From positions 2,304-66,303 of the forward strand of contig DASZRG010000033.1 in the NCBI GenBank assembly GCA_035549295.1: a stretch of DNA of 64,000 nucleotides. The letters run 5' to 3'. Source of the stretch: Patescibacteria group bacterium. Its GTDB lineage: Bacteria; Patescibacteriota; Microgenomatia; Levybacterales; GWA1-39-11. Shown one piece after another: positions 29,997-39,919 of this stretch (position 1 is the first letter of the stretch; every line of letters starts with the position of its first letter). The notes below the pieces were generated by a model that was not told where the DNA came from, searched no databases, and saw nothing but the letters and a program-made list of their open reading frames with translations. Position numbers and translations under genes: made by a program.

Positions 29997-31700
29997 TTAC
30001 ATTTTCTCGACCGTCTCGATGCCAAGTAGCTTGAGGCCGTTTTTTAGAGTAATGCCAACTGCCATAGTAAGATCTAGCCTGAATTGATTTTCTCCAATTT
30101 TGTGCTTTTGATAAAAGAAATTAAATTTCTGCGAAAGCGCGAATAGATACTCCGCAACAAGATTGGGGGACAGTTTTTCAGCAGCAATGCTAACCACTTC
30201 AGGATAATAGGAAATATGTCGCATTAGGTTTGCCTCTTCCGAATTTATGTCATTTTCTGCAATATCTTTTATCTTTTCTCCGGAGTCTTTCACTCCTTTT
30301 CTGAGCACAGACTGTGTCCTAACATAAGTGTACTGTATGTATGGCCCAGATGCGCCCGAAAGTGCGATAGAATCATCAAAATTAAACTCTATATTTCCGC
30401 CAATCGCACTTTTGAGAAGTGCGAATTTTATTGCTGCCATGCCGACTTTTTCGGCCGTTACATCATCCATATCAGGGAATTCTTTTTGGATACGCCCCAC
30501 TGCCTCATCCATAAGCCACTCACCAGTTATGACGTCGCCCGTTCTGCTCGACATTTTTCCTGTTGGAAGACGTACTAGACCATTGGCAATATGTGAAGTT
30601 TTTGCAGCCAGATCAGGATTTATCTGAGAAAGTGCCTTTATAATAACTTTGAAATACTCCGCTTGCTCCTGACCTGTGATGATGATCGATTTGTCATATG
30701 CAAAATCTTTGTATTTAACTCCAGCAAGACCCATGTCTTTTGCTTCGTATGTCGGAAGACCAAGAGAATTTATAAAGACGCGATTGTGAAGACCAAACTT
30801 CTTACCAGGAAAAATGATCGCTCCATCTGACTCCTCAAAAATGCCTTTTTTCAGATATTCACGGACTAGATCGGTTCCGATTTTCTGGACTTCACTTTCA
30901 AAATAATAGTGTTCAAATTTCATTCCGAGCCTTTTGTAAATCGTCTCAAAATATTCAAGGCTCCATGTGCGACCTTTTCTGTAAAGATCCACAATTGATG
31001 GATCTTTTTCGTAAACTGCTTTATTTATCTTGTATATTTCCTGCTTTGTCGCGTCACTTTCTTCAAATTTAGTTGCACCGTTGGCATATGCTTTGCCAAG
31101 AAATTGAGCTTTTATATTTATGGGTGCTGAGTCTACCGGCATTTGATCATGCAAAGCCTGCATACCAAAAATCGCTTTGGCAACATGAAGCCCAACGTCT
31201 CCCTGATAACAAACGCGCTGTACGTCGCCGCCAATTGCCTCGTACATGCGACACAAAGACTCACCAACTATATTTACATATAGATGGCCTATATGAAATT
31301 CTTTAAACGGATTGGGGTCTGTAAACTCGATCATGATCTTCTCTGACTTCAAGAGATCAGTTTTACCGAATTTATCAGCATCAGCCATCACGCCTGCAAT
31401 AATATTTGATAGATATTTTTTACTGAGCGTGAAGTTGATGAAGCCAGGAGGGGCGACGTCGACGCGTTGGAAAGTACCATGGGTATCAGGAGTATCAAGG
31501 GTATCAAGTGAAGACTTGATTTTGTATGCGATGTCGAGTGGCTTCTCATGTAAAACGCCTGCAATTCTCATAGCTACATTCGTATAGTAGTCGCCGTTTT
31601 CACTTTTGTCAGACAATTTGACTTCAGGCACAATTCCTGTAACCCCGAGCCCACCGAGCGCGGCCTCAAGGCTCTTTATGATAACTTCTTTTGCGTCCAT
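29997..31700 (-). CDS. argS: arginine--tRNA ligase
   Basis: PNPFKEFHIGH, KMSSR and GPYIQY motifs; ATG 31700. Confidence 0.96.
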   Translation of the reverse strand: MDAKEVIIKSLEAALGGLGVTGIVPEVKLSDKSENGDYYTNVAMRIAGVLHEKPLDIAYKIKSSLDTLDTPDTHGTFQRVDVAPPGFINFTLSKKYLSNIIAGVMADADKFGKTDLLKSEKIMIEFTDPNPFKEFHIGHLYVNIVGESLCRMYEAIGGDVQRVCYQGDVGLHVAKAIFGMQALHDQMPVDSAPINIKAQFLGKAYANGATKFEESDATKQEIYKINKAVYEKDPSIVDLYRKGRTWSLEYFETIYKRLGMKFEHYYFESEVQKIGTDLVREYLKKGIFEESDGAIIFPGKKFGLHNRVFINSLGLPTYEAKDMGLAGVKYKDFAYDKSIIITGQEQAEYFKVIIKALSQINPDLAAKTSHIANGLVRLPTGKMSSRTGDVITGEWLMDEAVGRIQKEFPDMDDVTAEKVGMAAIKFALLKSAIGGNIEFNFDDSIALSGASGPYIQYTYVRTQSVLRKGVKDSGEKIKDIAENDINSEEANLMRHISYYPEVVSIAAEKLSPNLVAEYLFALSQKFNFFYQKHKIGENQFRLDLTMAVGITLKNGLKLLGIETVEKM

Positions 31701-31829
31701 AGCTTCTAATTTTAAATGCTGGCTGCTTAAATGTAAATGAAGCATGATTTTATAAAGTTTTATCTGCCAAATTACCACTCTCACCCCAACCCTCTCTCAA
31801 AGAGAGAGGGAAGATAATGTTTTTAGCCT

Positions 31830-31894
31830 TGGCAGGGTTTGACCTTGCCAGAATTAGCTTCAAAATCAGAGTTTGGCAGGGTTTGACCTTGCCA
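31830..31894. repeat. dispersed diverged copy of the RAYT-flanking doublet
   Basis: Two perfect TGGCAGGGTTTGACCTTGCCA units joined by a variant linker. Confidence 0.9.
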
Positions 31895-31949
31895 AAGCGA
31901 AGTACATAAATTTAAACCAAAATTCAAAATTTGCTATATAATTTAAGCA

Positions 31950-32351
31950 ATGAGTGAAGGCGAATCAATTAAACCCGAACAACTACAGGGATCCGTTCAT
32001 GAAGAACCTAGACTTGTTTTGTTTAGGAGGAAAAAAATTCCCGTTCCTTCTGTCGAACCACAAGTTCAAGGTGCACTTAATGGTAATGAAGAATCGATTA
32101 ACCAACTTCTCAAATTTATTGATAAAAGCATACCGGCTCATTCTCCAACAAGAGAAGAAACAAAAGGAAAAATAATTGAAAATTTAGGAAAATTTAATCC
32201 CGACCGCGGAAATAGTAAATTATCCTACAATGAAAAACTTAGAAATTGGATAAGAATGTCTGCTCGTTCTGATGCCTCTAATTACAATGATAAAATGCAA
32301 AGACGAGAAAGAAGAGCTAATCGAGATTCAAATCTCGGAGGAACTGCTTAA
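31950..32351 (+). CDS. hypothetical protein resembling sigma-70 region 2 only
   Basis: ALNGNEESINQL ... LGKFNPDRG ... NWIRMSARS ... RR pattern; no region 4. Confidence 0.5.
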   Translation: MSEGESIKPEQLQGSVHEEPRLVLFRRKKIPVPSVEPQVQGALNGNEESINQLLKFIDKSIPAHSPTREETKGKIIENLGKFNPDRGNSKLSYNEKLRNWIRMSARSDASNYNDKMQRRERRANRDSNLGGTA

Positions 32352-33213
32352 ATTCACCACTGATATCAGCATGCTTTAGGGCAAACTCAACGGCTGTCTT
32401 CATATACTCTAGCTTGTTTCCGGTATCGTAGTATTTGCCATTTTCTATTTCTGCCGCGATCACCTTGTGACCTTCCTCGAGCATGAGCTTGAGGGCATCA
32501 TTGTAATATAGCTCTTCACCCTCTTTGAGATTTTCTGATGCGCGATCAAGATAATTGAATATCTCAGGAGTCAGAAGCGTACTGCTGACATTTGCGAGAT
32601 TTGAGGGGGCATTTTCTTTGCCTGGCTTTTCAATGATAACTCCTGCGTCAATAAGCCCTGGTCGTATCTCCTCTCCCCCTGCAAATCCATATCTATCATA
32701 ATCTTCATCCTTTTTGGCTCTGATTGATGAGAGAACCGAACATCCGAATTCTTCATATATATCTATCATTTGCTTGAAGCGTGACTTAGGCTCGGCTGAA
32801 ATAAAGTCATCGCTAAATGTATATATGAAGGGCTCATTTCCGACTATGTGTCGGACATTCAGAAGTGGCGTACCATTTCCATACGGCCCCTTCTGCCTAA
32901 CATATATAAAGTTGGCCATTGTCGAAATTTGCTCGATTTGCTCAAGAAGTGGTCTTTTTTTCTCACCACCCATACGAAGATTCTCGATAAGGTCCAGATT
33001 GGCTGCATCAAAGTGGTCTTCAATCGTCCTTTTGTGGTACCCAGTGACAAGAATGATATCAGTGATACCAGCGTCAACCAATTCCTCTACTATATATTGA
33101 ATAATAGGTTTATCGACAATCGGAAGCATCTCCTTGGGCATAGCCTTGGTCTGCGGAAGAAAACGGGTCCCAAACCCTGCAGCAGGAATAACAGCTTTTC
33201 GAATTTTGCTCAT
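32317..33213 (-). CDS. galU: UTP--glucose-1-phosphate uridylyltransferase
   Basis: KAVIPAAGFGTRFLP, PKEMLPIVDKP and IEKP motifs. Confidence 0.93.
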   Translation of the reverse strand: MSKIRKAVIPAAGFGTRFLPQTKAMPKEMLPIVDKPIIQYIVEELVDAGITDIILVTGYHKRTIEDHFDAANLDLIENLRMGGEKKRPLLEQIEQISTMANFIYVRQKGPYGNGTPLLNVRHIVGNEPFIYTFSDDFISAEPKSRFKQMIDIYEEFGCSVLSSIRAKKDEDYDRYGFAGGEEIRPGLIDAGVIIEKPGKENAPSNLANVSSTLLTPEIFNYLDRASENLKEGEELYYNDALKLMLEEGHKVIAAEIENGKYYDTGNKLEYMKTAVEFALKHADISGEFKQFLRDLNLD

Positions 33214-33300
33214 ATCTTTAGGTAAGAATATTATATTACAAACTTATTGTGAATGCATTAAATCAATTATGACTTTTGTAAGAAATTGCCCTCCTCATAC

Positions 33301-33360
33301 GTCATTCTGAACTCGTTTCAGAATCTCACACTCGAGGTCCTGAAATAAATTCAGGACGAC
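33301..33360. repeat. inverted REP doublet
   Basis: GTCATTCTGAACTCGTTTCAGAATCTC ... GAGGTCCTGAAATAAATTCAGGACGAC. Confidence 0.85.
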
Positions 33361-33478
33361 AAACAAAAAACGATGTGAGCTTTGTTGCACGTGATACTCG
33401 TGATACTTTTGATACTCGTGATACCCTTCCATAAGCTATGTATAGACAACTAGGCACGACGTATGGTAAAATCTCTGA

Positions 33479-33652
33479 ATGTTCACGTTTCTAACCGAGG
33501 TCAGATCTGAGCTTGAGAAGGTAACGTGGCCAACCAATCAGGACGTCATAAGGCTTACGTCAATCGTAATTTTGATCTCACTGATAGTTGGAATATACCT
33601 TGGAGGAGCTGATTACTTGTTCACAGAACTCCTTGGAATATTAGTTAAATAA
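33479..33652 (+). CDS. secE: preprotein translocase subunit SecE
   Basis: Hand-translated MFTFLTEVRSELEKVTWP...; directly upstream of nusG. Confidence 0.93.
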   Translation: MFTFLTEVRSELEKVTWPTNQDVIRLTSIVILISLIVGIYLGGADYLFTELLGILVK

Positions 33653-33654
33653 AA

Positions 33655-34227
33655 ATGGACGACAATAACGCAAATAACAAAGTAGATACGAATCTTGAAG
33701 GAAAGCGCGGACGATGGTTCATCGTTCACACGTATTCTGGCCATGAAAATAAAGTTGCGAAGACTCTGATGCAAAGAGTTGACGCAATGGGCTTCAAAGA
33801 AAGAATTCTTGACGTACTCGTCCCAACCAAAGAAATAGTAAAAGTACGTGGTGGCAAAAAAGAGACTATCAAAGAGAAGATTTTTGCAGGATACATCTTC
33901 GTCAAAATGATCCTTGATGATGAAGCATGGCTTTTGGTCCGCACAACTCCAGGAGTTACGTCATTTGTAGGAACGCTCAACAAGCCTACACCTGTTCGCG
34001 ACGAAGAGATTGATGCAATCTTGAAATTCACAGAAATGTCAGCACCAGTATTTAAGTCTGCATTCTCAATGGGCGAAGCTGTAAAGATAACTGACGGTCC
34101 ATTCTCAGACTTTTTAGGATCAGTTGAGTCAATTGATGAGGAAAAAGGGAAAGTAAAAGTATTGGTATCTATCTTTGGTCGCGAAACACCGGTTGAACTA
34201 GATTTCTTGCAAGTAAGCAAGATTTAA
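33655..34227 (+). CDS. nusG: transcription termination/antitermination factor NusG
   Basis: WFIVHTYSGHE, KOW domain, IFGRETPVELDF. Confidence 0.97.
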   Translation: MDDNNANNKVDTNLEGKRGRWFIVHTYSGHENKVAKTLMQRVDAMGFKERILDVLVPTKEIVKVRGGKKETIKEKIFAGYIFVKMILDDEAWLLVRTTPGVTSFVGTLNKPTPVRDEEIDAILKFTEMSAPVFKSAFSMGEAVKITDGPFSDFLGSVESIDEEKGKVKVLVSIFGRETPVELDFLQVSKI

Positions 34228-34324
34228 GGAAGGAGAGCAGGTGCGGTCTCGCAGAATGCGAGATGAGGCTTTGTCTCAAGCACCGTCGAGAGGAAACGTA
34301 GTTGCCTCTCGAGATGAAAGTATT

Positions 34325-34747
34325 ATGGCTAAGAAAATAAAAACACTTATAAAGTTAAATGTTACGGGAGGATCTGCTACTCCTGCACCACCTGTTGGAA
34401 CAGCACTTGGTCCTCACGGACTTCCTATTATGGATTTCGTTAAAGCATTTAACGACAGAACGGCTGACCAGAAAGGTACAGTTCTTCCAGTTGTTATAAC
34501 GGTCTATGAAGACAGAACATTCTCTTTTATCATCAAAAAACCACCAATTCCTGAGCTTATCAAAAAGGAACTAAAGATAGAAAAAGGTGCTGGCAAACCA
34601 GGTCGTGAAAGTGCTGGAAAAATAACCGACGCACAAGCACGACATGTTGCGGAAATAAAACTTGAGGATTTGAATACAAATGACGTTGACCAGGCAGCAA
34701 AGATAGTAAAAGGTGTCGCGAGAAGTATGGGCATCCAAAGTGAGTAA
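34325..34747 (+). CDS. rplK: 50S ribosomal protein L11
   Basis: ATPAPPVGTALG and ARSMGI motifs; ATG 34325. Confidence 0.97.
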   Translation: MAKKIKTLIKLNVTGGSATPAPPVGTALGPHGLPIMDFVKAFNDRTADQKGTVLPVVITVYEDRTFSFIIKKPPIPELIKKELKIEKGAGKPGRESAGKITDAQARHVAEIKLEDLNTNDVDQAAKIVKGVARSMGIQSE

Positions 34748-34823
34748 CTAGATACTAGAGATTAGATATTAGAAAAACAAATTTTCTAGTAACTAGTTTC
34801 TAGTCACTAATATCTATTTTATT

Positions 34824-35684
34824 ATGGGTAAAGTGAAACTAAAAGTCGTAGGAGACGAACAACAAGAGAAAGAACAAGTAGCTGAGCAGAAGAAAAAGCG
34901 AGAAGAAAAAGCTGCGAAAAAGGCGACTGTAAAAGACGTAGGTCTTGGAGGCGGCGAGAGAATCAATGCCATTGGAATTTCAGAGGAAGAAATCGCCAAT
35001 GAGCTCGAACAAAAGCCTGTAACCACTGAGGGCACTGAGAAATCGACGAAAGACAGTGATAAAACAGTGGTTGCAAAGAAAGCTCGCAAAGTTGAGGCAC
35101 GCGTAAAGGGCAAGAAGCACACTGAAAATATGTCACATGTTGCAAAAGCAACCAACTACCCTATTAAAAATGGTGTTGAAATGCTCAGAAAATTCAAACC
35201 AAGCAAGTTTGACGAAACAGTCGAACTCCACATCAATGTAAAAGAAAAAGGAATTTCAGGTCAAGTTGTCCTTCCACATGGAACAGGTAAAAAACTCAGA
35301 ATCAAAATTGCAGATGATGCTATCATTGCAGAAGTTGAAAAAGGGAAAATCGACTTTGACGTACTCGTTGCTGCACCAAGCATGATGCCAAAGCTTGCAA
35401 GGGTCGCAAGAGTTCTTGGACCACGCGGTCTCATGCCAAATCCAAAAAGTGGAACAATAACTGACAACCCACAGCAAGTTATAGACAAGCTTTCAGCTGG
35501 TCAAATAAATTACAAGACAGAAAGCGCTGCTCCTATCATCCACATGAGTGTTGGAAAACTCTCTTTTGATGACAAGAAACTCGAGGAAAATATCAGCGTT
35601 GCTATCACATCAATAGGAACTAATAAAATTGACAACATCACACTCAAGTCCACAATGAGCCCCGGTATTAAGATTACTGTTTAA
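34824..35684 (+). CDS. rplA: 50S ribosomal protein L1 with N-terminal extension
   Basis: FDETVE, LPHGTGK, LGPRGLMPNPK and STMSPG motifs. Confidence 0.95.
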   Translation: MGKVKLKVVGDEQQEKEQVAEQKKKREEKAAKKATVKDVGLGGGERINAIGISEEEIANELEQKPVTTEGTEKSTKDSDKTVVAKKARKVEARVKGKKHTENMSHVAKATNYPIKNGVEMLRKFKPSKFDETVELHINVKEKGISGQVVLPHGTGKKLRIKIADDAIIAEVEKGKIDFDVLVAAPSMMPKLARVARVLGPRGLMPNPKSGTITDNPQQVIDKLSAGQINYKTESAAPIIHMSVGKLSFDDKKLEENISVAITSIGTNKIDNITLKSTMSPGIKITV

Positions 35685-35721
35685 TCACGGCAGTGTCGTC
35701 CGTGATCTAAAAACAGACTCT

Positions 35722-37485
35722 ATGAGAACAGCAGAACAGACTGAAAACCAAGACGATTCAAGACAAAATAGTACCCGTCATTTATTCGAAGCATTTAGAC
35801 ATATTCCAATTAAAGGCCACGCACCTCTCTCCCCTATTAATTCTCTTGTTGCATCCTCTGCCCCTCTGGCAATAGATAATGAACCCACCCAAGACGATTT
35901 AACCCAAGAAAAATTGGACGCTGAATTAAAAGAAGCTAGACGAGTAATGAAAGCTGCCGAACGTGAAGTTCTTAAAGATGAAGCATCACGTAAGTATAGA
36001 ACTAATTTTGTATCTCGAGGCATAAGTCGATGGCTCTATCATAGAGGTCTTGTTGGCATTGCGGAAAGAATTGCACCTGATGAAGCAAGAGGGAGAAGAC
36101 TTGCTGATGCAACTCGAGGGCTTGAAGATGCAGCAGCGCGCGCCAGACGAGGAGTAAAAGATCAAAAATGGGCAGAACCCAGAACTACATTGGATCCAAA
36201 CCCCCAAACTACTCCGAGAACTGATCCTATGCCAACATCTGAGCCAGTTGTGGAAATCAACCCGCAACAAGAACTTAGAGCTGAACTTGAAGGTGTTCTG
36301 GCACAATTACCGCTCGACCCCACACGGACACCTGAACAACAGCAAAAAATTCACAATATAGCAATAGAGGCCGCACTACAAATCGCAGAACTTGAGGACA
36401 AACGCGAGCAAGAAGCCAAAGCTCGGGCAACTGATCCGAAACCAGATGAAAAATCTATTGTGAATAGACCTACTACAAAACCACGAACTTACAATCCTCC
36501 TCCTGTTAGAGAGTATTTAGTGCGATTATCAAGCCCTGAAACTACTCCTGCTCCGGCCAATACCAGCACGCCAAAATTGTCCACAGTTGTCGAGGGATTA
36601 AAAATAGAAACAAGTTACGAAGAAGTAAAAGAACCAGTCAGCGAAACGATTAAACGATGGGATAAAATGGGTATATTTGAACATACAGATCGCGCGGCTC
36701 GACAAAGATTGGCTAATTTTTTAGAAGGAATCAGTATTACCGCTCATGTTACCCTTGAACAGATGCGAGAATTATATGGATTTGATGATCCCAATAATTC
36801 TACTCAATTACGTGCACTTGAAAACTTCGCAACTAAATTTTTTGACCTAATGCATGTTGATGACAAAATAAAACGAAGTCGACTCAACGATCCAAACAAA
36901 CACTCAGCTATTCATGGAATTTCTACTATTTATTCACCTGATTCTTCCGAGATTCACGGCGTGCGTTATAGCGCAAGAAACTATAAATATAACGATCCTG
37001 CGTCAACTCATTTTGACATTCCTGGCCCTAGCCGCCGCGACAGATTTAGAGTAACTTTTTTCCCTCTTCCTTATGCTAGATACAGAGTGGGTGGACATCC
37101 CCTTCCCGCCCTGGACAACTTGAGGCCTCAAGAAGCGCGGTCTATAATGCACGCCAGATTCCCATATAGACAAGCAGAAGTGGAAGATGCAATAAATGAA
37201 GCCAAAAAAACTCTACAAATGCCTCATATTGAAATGAGTTCTTACAGAGACGGACTTCTGACCACAACACTTCGCGGAGAATTAAGCGAAGTTTTGGATG
37301 GACAAAATATTAGACATGATTTGAATATGAGCATGGCAGGATTTCCCGAAGTTAATACTGTTATAACAATTGGAAGCAAACCACAAAGAATAATTTTAGG
37401 ACAAGCACCTGAAGAAGAAATAAAGTCTCCGCTTCAAAAATTGGCTGAAGATTTTGCTGGTCTAAAGAAAATCCACTTATATTAA
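35722..37485 (+). CDS. hypothetical protein
   Basis: 587-aa ORF with Pro/Thr-rich linkers. Confidence 0.8.
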   Translation: MRTAEQTENQDDSRQNSTRHLFEAFRHIPIKGHAPLSPINSLVASSAPLAIDNEPTQDDLTQEKLDAELKEARRVMKAAEREVLKDEASRKYRTNFVSRGISRWLYHRGLVGIAERIAPDEARGRRLADATRGLEDAAARARRGVKDQKWAEPRTTLDPNPQTTPRTDPMPTSEPVVEINPQQELRAELEGVLAQLPLDPTRTPEQQQKIHNIAIEAALQIAELEDKREQEAKARATDPKPDEKSIVNRPTTKPRTYNPPPVREYLVRLSSPETTPAPANTSTPKLSTVVEGLKIETSYEEVKEPVSETIKRWDKMGIFEHTDRAARQRLANFLEGISITAHVTLEQMRELYGFDDPNNSTQLRALENFATKFFDLMHVDDKIKRSRLNDPNKHSAIHGISTIYSPDSSEIHGVRYSARNYKYNDPASTHFDIPGPSRRDRFRVTFFPLPYARYRVGGHPLPALDNLRPQEARSIMHARFPYRQAEVEDAINEAKKTLQMPHIEMSSYRDGLLTTTLRGELSEVLDGQNIRHDLNMSMAGFPEVNTVITIGSKPQRIILGQAPEEEIKSPLQKLAEDFAGLKKIHLY

Positions 37486-37537
37486 TTTTATATATTGACG
37501 GGCCTTTTGAGAAATGATATAAAGTTTCAAACTCTAC

Positions 37538-38446
37538 ATGGTCGCAGAAACCACAGGATACGAAGCATCAAAAGAAGCCGGTGTACATAGCCTCAGACAA
37601 ATGGGCGCAAATCTCGCAACAGAACTCGGTCCTTTATTTCCAGACATTCCCATGCAAGGACAAGACCACAGATATATGGTGGGTGTCAAAATGAGAACAG
37701 TTGGCGACGCCTCTGAAATGCTTACATTATCTTCCGATGGACAAATAAGGTCTGTAACAACACAAATTTCAGAAGTTGGCGGTGGATGGCATACTACTTC
37801 TGAGCCATACAAATCTGGCAATTATGACGTCATTGAACACACCCCCCGACTACTTAATGCTGTCTATGAGACTGTCAGAAAACGTGCCCATCAAGATAGT
37901 GACTCTGACAGAATTCACGCGGCTATTGGCGTACTTAACAAACGAAAAGCAGTATTGACAGCTGCAAAAAACATATCGCTTGACGCGATGGAAGAAGATT
38001 CGTATGGACCTGGCGCAACTGACTATTTTGTAGAATCACATGACAAAATGACTGACGACCCAGAGATATCAACAGACATAAGCAATATGAAAAAAGTAAT
38101 TGATGCTTATGATTTTAGATCGGATATAGTTGCATCTGCATCACATGACGAGTTAACTGAAGCAGTTTTAGATTTTGTTGAAGAGGTTGGAATAAATGGA
38201 CACGCAATAAATATTTCAGGTGAGGTTGTTTATTTCCCACTATCTGAAGGCGGAAATGGTTCGGAAGCAAGCTCAGGACTTGCGCTTTCGAGTAGCGGTG
38301 AAGTGGTTGAAGTTGGATCACGTTTTCAGAATAGCGTGCCAACCATACGGACCGAGGATAGTCTTGAAAAAGATGAGTTGAAAAACCTAACTGATGGACT
38401 ACTCCATGCGGCAGTTCACAGGGTTTACCCACAGCTTGTCTGGTAA
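37538..38446 (+). CDS. hypothetical protein, possibly two internal repeats
   Basis: 302-aa ORF; LTLSSDGQI and LALSSSGEV occur in the two halves. Confidence 0.75.
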   Translation: MVAETTGYEASKEAGVHSLRQMGANLATELGPLFPDIPMQGQDHRYMVGVKMRTVGDASEMLTLSSDGQIRSVTTQISEVGGGWHTTSEPYKSGNYDVIEHTPRLLNAVYETVRKRAHQDSDSDRIHAAIGVLNKRKAVLTAAKNISLDAMEEDSYGPGATDYFVESHDKMTDDPEISTDISNMKKVIDAYDFRSDIVASASHDELTEAVLDFVEEVGINGHAINISGEVVYFPLSEGGNGSEASSGLALSSSGEVVEVGSRFQNSVPTIRTEDSLEKDELKNLTDGLLHAAVHRVYPQLVW

Positions 38447-39328
38447 TCATACTCCGCGGCGGTATTCAGCTTTATGCTCTTTTATTTTCTCCTGATCTTC
38501 CTCAAAGAAATGCTCTTTTATAAATACCATTGTGTCAATTGGGTCCTGAGTATTTACAAATATACCTGTTGATATCTCAAATCCCCCGAGCGTCTTTGAA
38601 CGTGGCAAAATCCTGAGGTACCAATCCCGGTGCGGGTAGATATAAAAATTGTAGGGGAAATCATGACCATGACGAGCCTCGAATATAAAAATTAATCTTC
38701 TTAATATATATGCAAGATTTTCAATTTCTTCATAATTTATTTCACCAAACAACTTTCCCCGATCGGCTGGAACAATCCATACCTCGTCAGGCCACTGGGA
38801 ATACGGGGGACAAATAAGTTCAAAGTCTTTTACTTTTAGAAATTCTCGTTTGTAGTCAAGAAATTCCTCAAGTGATGGTACAACGACAGGTATTTCATGT
38901 GGAACAACAGCAATTTGCGAATGGGAATGATTGATAGACTCACCGGCCTCATGCCCTGAGTTTGAAAAAATTGATACAGTTCCAAATTTCAGATGAGCGT
39001 TGAAACGGTTAACATATGCTTCAATAATCAACTTGACCTGCTCGACAGAAAGCTCTGAAATGGACTGCAGGTGCTGCGGCGTATGTAAAACAACCTCATG
39101 AATTGGCGCAAACGGGAATTTATTCTTGATAACCCTAACCGACCATTTATCATCTCCATCTTCGCCACCAATCCTAAATGTCTCCACTTCTGTGTTTTGA
39201 GATACCGGACAAAACGGACATGCACGCTCTTGTGACTTTTTGTGTATATCAGGCCTTGTTGCGCGCTTCGGTGCAGAAATGATCCAGTTCTGAAGCGAGG
39301 GAATATTGACAAATTTAAAATCAGACAT
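38447..39328 (-). CDS. galT: GalT-family nucleotidyltransferase
   Basis: RATRP, CPFC, NKFP, GESINHSHSQ and LGGFE motifs. Confidence 0.85.
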   Translation of the reverse strand: MSDFKFVNIPSLQNWIISAPKRATRPDIHKKSQERACPFCPVSQNTEVETFRIGGEDGDDKWSVRVIKNKFPFAPIHEVVLHTPQHLQSISELSVEQVKLIIEAYVNRFNAHLKFGTVSIFSNSGHEAGESINHSHSQIAVVPHEIPVVVPSLEEFLDYKREFLKVKDFELICPPYSQWPDEVWIVPADRGKLFGEINYEEIENLAYILRRLIFIFEARHGHDFPYNFYIYPHRDWYLRILPRSKTLGGFEISTGIFVNTQDPIDTMVFIKEHFFEEDQEKIKEHKAEYRRGV

Positions 39329-39537
39329 AAGTTCGGGCAGTCAGAAAACTCAGAAAACTCAGAAAGTCAGAGATTTAGGGATTTTCGAACCTACATATAT
39401 TAAAACGGATGTAAGCAGAAAAATGCAAGAGATTTCATAAATTAACCATTGACAAAGATTGTATCGGGTGATATATTGATTTATTGAAATATTTCGATAT
39501 GTCAATAAAGACTTTATAATATATAATCTATAAGTTT

Positions 39538-39813
39538 ATGACTGACCCAACACTTAAAATTTTTAAAGCGCTTTCTGATGAAACCCGACTTCAAATCGTT
39601 CGTGACTTGATGAACGGCCATTCCGGAGTCTGCCCAGAGATTCAAAAGTCTATTTCAAAATCTCAACCCACTCTATCACATCATATTGGAAAGTTGGTTG
39701 AGGCAGATGTTTTGATAGAGTCGAAAACTGGCGTTAATTGCCACTACAAGGTGAATACTAAATTTCTGAAAGATCAAGGAATTGATATTAAAAAAGTGAT
39801 AAAAATCGACTAA
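39538..39813 (+). CDS. ArsR/SmtB transcriptional regulator
   Basis: FKALSDETRLQI and SQPTLSHH motifs. Confidence 0.92.
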   Translation: MTDPTLKIFKALSDETRLQIVRDLMNGHSGVCPEIQKSISKSQPTLSHHIGKLVEADVLIESKTGVNCHYKVNTKFLKDQGIDIKKVIKID

Positions 39814-39820
39814 GACATCT

Positions 39821-39907
39821 GTCACCCTGGACTACGATCCGGGGTCTCGATGAGATCCTGAAACACATGAAAGCGTTGTTTCCAGTGCAAGGCAAGTTCA
39901 GGATGAC
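39821..39907. repeat. REP doublet, second unit with loop insertion
   Basis: GTCACCCTGGA..TCCGGGGTCTC and GAGATCCTGAAACA-[about 29 nt]-AGTTCAGGATGAC. Confidence 0.7.
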
Positions 39908-39919
39908 TATTGCATAAAT

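Noticed and set aside
33726-35488. Minus-strand ORFs over nusG, rplK and rplA, and similar short overlapping ORFs elsewhere
   Set aside because: Antisense or alternative-frame shadows of well-supported genes.
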